DNA from: Nostoc sp. PCC 7120 = FACHB-418
Lineage (GTDB): Bacteria > Cyanobacteriota > Cyanobacteriia > Cyanobacteriales > Nostocaceae
Reading direction: 5' to 3'
Assembly: GCF_000009705.1 (NCBI RefSeq)
Contig: NC_003272.1
Location: 690,001 to 722,000, forward strand
Length of the DNA stretch: 32,000 nt
In this document: positions 28,010 to 32,000 of the stretch, in pieces
Numbering within the stretch: position 1 is the first letter of the stretch
How the letters are laid out: each line of letters opens with the position of its first letter
The notes under the pieces: model-generated
Databases searched by the model: none
What the model was told of the DNA's origin: nothing
Seen by the model: only the letters and a program-made list of their open reading frames with translations
Made by a program: the position numbers and the translations under genes

Positions 28010-28738
28010 ATGCAGGCCTCCCTGGAACAAATTTCACGAATTATTGTGTTTGTGGGTATAGAAACCTCAGACAAGGAAAGTTTGCAACCTTACACTCAGG
28101 TGCAAGGCTACAAGAAAGGAGAGATTATTCTCCATGAAGGCGATCGCCTGGCTGCTAAGTTATATGCTGTAGTTAGTGGCTCCATTCAAGTCACCAAAAC
28201 AGCAACCACAGGAAAAGAAACTATTTTACGGGGACTGAATGCTGGGGAAATGTTCGCCGCCCCTGCATTGTTAGGAGATAGCATTGCGCCTGCAACTGTG
28301 ACTGCTGAATCTGATTGCGAAATTCTCACTGTCCAACGGGATGCTTTATTACAAGCCATCCAAAGTAATCCAGAAATTGCTTTACGAATGTTGATGGTGT
28401 TTAATACTCGGATTCAGCAACTACATGAAACAGTTCATGGGTTAGTTTCGGAAAGGGCAATTGTTCGCCTAGCTAGGTTAATCCAATATTTCGCCACGGA
28501 ATCGGGAACTGAACCAAGTCCACAAGGTCAAATTTTAAAAATCAAGTTATCTTACTATCGGATGGCTCGCAGCATTGGTATTACTTATGAAGAATGCGTG
28601 CGGTTAATTAAAACACTCAATTCAGTTGTTGCCTATAGTCGAGGCGGCAAAATCATTATATTGGATGCCGAGAAATTGAATGCGATCGCCTACGGTGGGG
28701 CGCAGCCCATCGCGTCGGGGAATATCGAAGAGATTTGA
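28010..28738 (+). CDS. Crp/Fnr-family transcriptional regulator
   Basis: It has an N-terminal cNMP-binding beta-barrel (GEIILHEGD...GEMFA), a C-terminal HTH (MARSIGITYEECVRLIKTL) and a short extra C-terminal tail. Confidence 0.85.
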   Translation: MQASLEQISRIIVFVGIETSDKESLQPYTQVQGYKKGEIILHEGDRLAAKLYAVVSGSIQVTKTATTGKETILRGLNAGEMFAAPALLGDSIAPATVTAESDCEILTVQRDALLQAIQSNPEIALRMLMVFNTRIQQLHETVHGLVSERAIVRLARLIQYFATESGTEPSPQGQILKIKLSYYRMARSIGITYEECVRLIKTLNSVVAYSRGGKIIILDAEKLNAIAYGGAQPIASGNIEEI

Positions 28739-28744
28739 CAGTCT

Positions 28745-29248
28745 TTAGGAGGCTGCTAAAGCTCCTAAGTTTAATTTATCTTGTTCACGAGCCGCGACAA
28801 CTAAAACTAAACACAGCGCTGCAACAGCTTTTTGCCATTCTTGCCTGATTTGCTCGTCTTCCACACCTGCGAACACCCCCACTAAGGGAGGAACAGAAGC
28901 TTCTAACGCTGGACGCGGGACGGGACGGTGTAATTCAACTAAATGAGTGAGACTTTCCTGGTTATTCACAAAACCCACGACCCATTTTGTTGTATGGTCT
29001 GGACTATCAGGAACCCGCTTGACTCCTAACTCATTTTTCAACCAGTTGTAAAAAGGTGGGAGTTCTTTAGCTAAAACTGCTCCTGCTGTGGGTAATGTCT
29101 CTCTGAGTAAAACGATATCTAAACTATTTAGTTCTTGTTGCAATTTGGGTGAATTGAGAACCTCATGCAGCGATTTCGAGAGGATAACTTCTAATTGAAT
29201 AGAGGTAATATCTAAGTGTTGAGTGAAGGTAGAAAATAAGGACGACAT
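28745..29248 (-). CDS. hypothetical protein
   Basis: 167-aa ORF, tightly spaced (26 nt) after the cupin gene. I cannot name any motif. Confidence 0.5.
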   Translation of the reverse strand: MSSLFSTFTQHLDITSIQLEVILSKSLHEVLNSPKLQQELNSLDIVLLRETLPTAGAVLAKELPPFYNWLKNELGVKRVPDSPDHTTKWVVGFVNNQESLTHLVELHRPVPRPALEASVPPLVGVFAGVEDEQIRQEWQKAVAALCLVLVVAAREQDKLNLGALAAS

Positions 29249-29274
29249 TGTACAAAAACCCCAAAAATTATTGA

Positions 29275-29649
29275 TTATTTATCTGTAGATTTTTCAGAAA
29301 GTGTGAGCAGAAAAGCTAGATTTTCTTCAGACTTTAGAGCATGAGGCGCATTAGCAGGAATCAAGATAAAAACACCAGGAATGAGAGTAATATCTTGACC
29401 TGATAAATTCAGGAGTCCTTTACCTTCTAAAACATGAATGGCGGCGTTGCGAGTGGAAGTATGCTCAGAAATCTCTGTTGTAGCTGCCAGACAAAACAGA
29501 GTATATTGGCAGGCTGTATCTTGAAATATGACTTGGCTTTTAATTCCCGAACGGGGATATTCAACTTGTTCTTGTAGTTGGATAACAAGAGATTCGTGAG
29601 TTATTTTTTGGTTAGTCATGGTTGATAAACTCTGATGATTGTGTGACAT
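29275..29649 (-). CDS. cupin-domain protein
   Basis: 124 aa with a cupin_2-like pattern (H.S..NAAIHVLEG ... IPANAPHAL). Confidence 0.75.
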   Translation of the reverse strand: MSHNHQSLSTMTNQKITHESLVIQLQEQVEYPRSGIKSQVIFQDTACQYTLFCLAATTEISEHTSTRNAAIHVLEGKGLLNLSGQDITLIPGVFILIPANAPHALKSEENLAFLLTLSEKSTDK

Positions 29650-29660
29650 TTATTGTGCTA

Positions 29661-30446
29661 TCAATTATGCTCTTCAGCTACAGCATAGAGAATGATATAG
29701 CCTAACTCGTGGCGGTATTTGTTAAAGATATGGCGCATTGCTAAAACTCTTTCGCGGATGGATTTATGCGTCAAAACATTAACTAAAATCTGGATGGTTG
29801 GGAAAATACCTTCATCTTGAAACATCCGCCATAAGTTCAATAAATTCATCGAGCCGATTTGATGTTTCTCTACTTTTAATCCTGCTGTTTCACAAGCTGC
29901 AATCCAGTTAGCTTCTGACAGTGGTGTAGAATTTACCCGAATTACTCTGGCTAAATCAGCACGGATTTGTTCTTCTTTGTCATTAGCTAATAATTCATGG
30001 GAGAGAAACTTCCCCCCTGCTTTGAGTCGGTTGTAAATTCCAGCTAAAAGTTTAGCTTTCCCTGATGGGGATTGCATTGTGAGAATGGCTTCAGCTAAAA
30101 CATAATCAAACTTTCCTGGTATTGCATCCAGATGAAAAATATCGCCTTCGATAATTTCAATTTGATTTTCTAAACCAGCCACGCGGACATTTTCACGCGC
30201 CAGAACTACGCTCTCAGGATTTTTTTCTACTCCGACTACTTTCACACCATAGCGTTGAGCAAGGGATATTGCACTGTATCCAAAGCTAGAAGCTAACTCT
30301 AAAACTGTTTCGTTAGGCTGAAAATTCGCCCACTGACATAATTGTTCTGTAGCTATGCGTCCACCGGGACGCAGATATTTTTTACCGACTGCTGCGAGAA
30401 CTTCATGTCCAGAAGCGTTTTGGAAATTGAGGGTTGTGTTGGTCAT
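29661..30446 (-). CDS. class I SAM-dependent methyltransferase
   Basis: ATG at 30446 (MTNTT...). Motif I is VLELASSFGYSA and the post-I motif is VVGVEKN. The track's TTG start at 30479 is unlikely. Confidence 0.8.
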   Translation of the reverse strand: MTNTTLNFQNASGHEVLAAVGKKYLRPGGRIATEQLCQWANFQPNETVLELASSFGYSAISLAQRYGVKVVGVEKNPESVVLARENVRVAGLENQIEIIEGDIFHLDAIPGKFDYVLAEAILTMQSPSGKAKLLAGIYNRLKAGGKFLSHELLANDKEEQIRADLARVIRVNSTPLSEANWIAACETAGLKVEKHQIGSMNLLNLWRMFQDEGIFPTIQILVNVLTHKSIRERVLAMRHIFNKYRHELGYIILYAVAEEHN

Positions 30447-30569
30447 CTCTTTGACCCTCTGAATTTGTGATACCCTCAATTTGCCAGAAATTTATGATGG
30501 TGTCTTTGAGGTAGCTCAAAGAAGGAGATAAAATAAGGTAAAATCATCAAAAAACTCGCAGAACTATAA

Positions 30570-32000
30570 ATGGACTGGATTACGCTACTGCGATCGCTAC
30601 AGTCTGATTTTATTAAAAGGTTATCATCTGGTTGTCTGCTGCATTGCGAAATCGAAGGTCAATATAGTGAGTTAACGGTTATCTCTGGCGAAAGATTAAA
30701 AACCCTACGAGACTTTTGCTGGCTGATGGCTGAAAAATATAAGCGGGTTTCGCCAGTTCGTGATGTTTTTATCAGCTACCTCAAGGGTAAATTGGGGGAG
30801 GAAGTTGTTAAAGAACGTTTAGCTGATTTGATTACCGAAGTAGATTATGAAAAGCGACTTGGTGGCGACGGTAAGATAGATTTTACTTTAACTGCTAACC
30901 CTGCAATTGGCATTGAAGTTAAATCTCGTCATGGCAACATTGATAGAGTGAGATGGTCAGTTAGTGCCGAAGAAGTGGAAAAAAATGCAGTTGTAGTTTG
31001 CATTTTTATTAAAGAAGATGTTAACGAAGCACAATCATCATATCATCTGTTATTAGCAGGCTTTTTGCCTACTCAAATGATTAAATTAAAGACAGGTAAT
31101 ATCTCATTTGGAATAGAGCAGTTACTTTACGGTGGCGGCTTATGGGGTTATTTGGAACAGTTGCAAGCTTCCGCAAATTACCATCAGTTCCAGCAATCTC
31201 CGCCAATTTATCAATACAAACCCCAGCCAGAATTATTATCTAAGATCAATCAAACTCAATCAATCAAACCAGCTTTATTTACTGGTATCAAAAATATTCT
31301 ACCCTATAGACAACAAGAAGCGATAAATATAGATTATATCAAAATTGGTGATGAGTGCTTTGCTCAGGGAGAATATACCGCATCTATTAAAAATTATAGC
31401 CAAGCTTTACAAGCAAGTAGTGATAATTGTGAATTATACTATAAACGAGGTTTAAGCTATTATCAATTGGGTGATTATGAGGCGGCGATCGCCGATTATT
31501 CTCAAGCCATAAATATCAACCTTCACGATGCTAAATCCTATCATAAACGTGGGTTAGCTTTATCACAACTAGCAGCTTATGAAGCGGCAATCGATGATTA
31601 TAATCAAGCAATTAGAATTAATCCCCATGCTGCTTCTATTTATAAAAACCGAGCAGAAGCACGCTCTCATCTAGGAGATAATCAAGGAGCGATTGAAGAT
31701 TATACCCAAGCGATCAAGATTAATCCCCAATATGCAGATACATATAAAAATAGAGGCATATCTCGTTATTTATTAGCAACACAACCAGGATTTACCCAAG
31801 CAATTAAGATTAATCCCAATGATGCTAATGCTTACAAAAATCGTGGTAATGCGCGTGCTGATATTGGTGATTATCTAGGAGCGATTGAAGATTATAATCA
31901 GGCAATCCAAATTAATCCCAAGGCGGCTGATGCTTATTATAACCGTGGTAACGCCCGTTATGATTTAGGGGATGAAGAAGGAGCGATCGCTGATTACACC
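30570..32000 (+). CDS. TPR-repeat protein with N-terminal PD-(D/E)xK-like domain (3' end outside window; absent from the ORF track)
   Basis: My own translation from ATG at 30570 is open for 477 codons to the window end. The N-terminal region contains GGDGKIDF...GIEVKSR. From about nt 31330 there are at least seven 34-aa TPR units (AIxDYxQAIxINPxxAxAYxNRG). Confidence 0.8.
   Translation, partial: MDWITLLRSLQSDFIKRLSSGCLLHCEIEGQYSELTVISGERLKTLRDFCWLMAEKYKRVSPVRDVFISYLKGKLGEEVVKERLADLITEVDYEKRLGGDGKIDFTLTANPAIGIEVKSRHGNIDRVRWSVSAEEVEKNAVVVCIFIKEDVNEAQSSYHLLLAGFLPTQMIKLKTGNISFGIEQLLYGGGLWGYLEQLQASANYHQFQQSPPIYQYKPQPELLSKINQTQSIKPALFTGIKNILPYRQQEAINIDYIKIGDECFAQGEYTASIKNYSQALQASSDNCELYYKRGLSYYQLGDYEAAIADYSQAININLHDAKSYHKRGLALSQLAAYEAAIDDYNQAIRINPHAASIYKNRAEARSHLGDNQGAIEDYTQAIKINPQYADTYKNRGISRYLLATQPGFTQAIKINPNDANAYKNRGNARADIGDYLGAIEDYNQAIQINPKAADAYYNRGNARYDLGDEEGAIADYT

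Noticed and set aside
27819-28137. ORFs 27819-28007 and 27940-28137 across the cpcS-crp junction.
   Set aside because: They overlap the ends of two well-supported genes and the GC-rich hairpin arms. Their Leu/Pro/Arg-rich translations are typical of repeat read-through.
31132-31326. 64-aa ORF from the track.
   Set aside because: It is out of frame inside the 477-codon open frame starting at 30570, which encodes recognisable TPR units.
1-32000. The idea that the window hosts a novel defence island or other undescribed multi-gene system.
   Set aside because: Nearly every ORF has an ordinary, recognisable function, and the centre is the classical nitrate-assimilation cluster. The only accessory-type elements are a two-gene TA pair and a nuclease-like/TPR fusion at the window edge. 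I therefore report structural anomalies rather than claim a new system.

Overview
This window looks like chromosomal DNA from a heterocyst-forming cyanobacterium close to Nostoc/Anabaena sp. PCC 7120. Three things support that: HIP1 octamers (GCGATCGC) throughout, STRR-type 7-nt tandem arrays in almost every spacer, and a gene order that matches my recollection of the all0594-alr0622 region. That recollection is unverified and needs alignment. The core (about 9.0-25.2 kb) is the complete, well-characterised nitrate-assimilation regulon. It comprises cnaT and ntcB (minus strand), nirB and the Rieske gene petC4 (minus strand), a divergent NtcA-type promoter with a roughly 460-nt leader, the nirA-nrtA-nrtB-nrtC-nrtD-narB operon (plus strand), and narM downstream. 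The left flank carries an M1 aminopeptidase with a HEAT tail, a thioredoxin-like 2Fe-2S protein, a small conserved protein, an SLH protein, dxs and a small secreted protein. The right flank carries a PsiE-like membrane protein, a DUF892 ferritin-like protein, a HEAT-repeat protein plus the CpcS-type bilin lyase, and a Crp-family regulator. It also holds a minus-strand methyltransferase-cupin-hypothetical operon and an ORF missing from the supplied track, which runs off the 3' end and encodes a PD-(D/E)xK-like N-terminal domain fused to TPR repeats. I saw no rRNA, tRNA, CRISPR array, transposase or integrase. I do not see a convincing new multi-gene system; most genes are ordinary and known. 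The observations worth a second look are mostly structural. (1) A roughly 90-nt inverted repeat, with 43 consecutive complementary nt, brackets nrtABCD inside the operon. (2) A heptamer array sits in frame inside narB. (3) The nrtB-nrtC spacer is built entirely of 10 heptamers. (4) A MITE-like hairpin cassette lies in the nirA leader. (5) A HigBA-like toxin-antitoxin pair is wedged between ntcB and nirB. (6) The nuclease-like/TPR fusion is described above. (7) A 585-nt ORF-free spacer is rich in structure.
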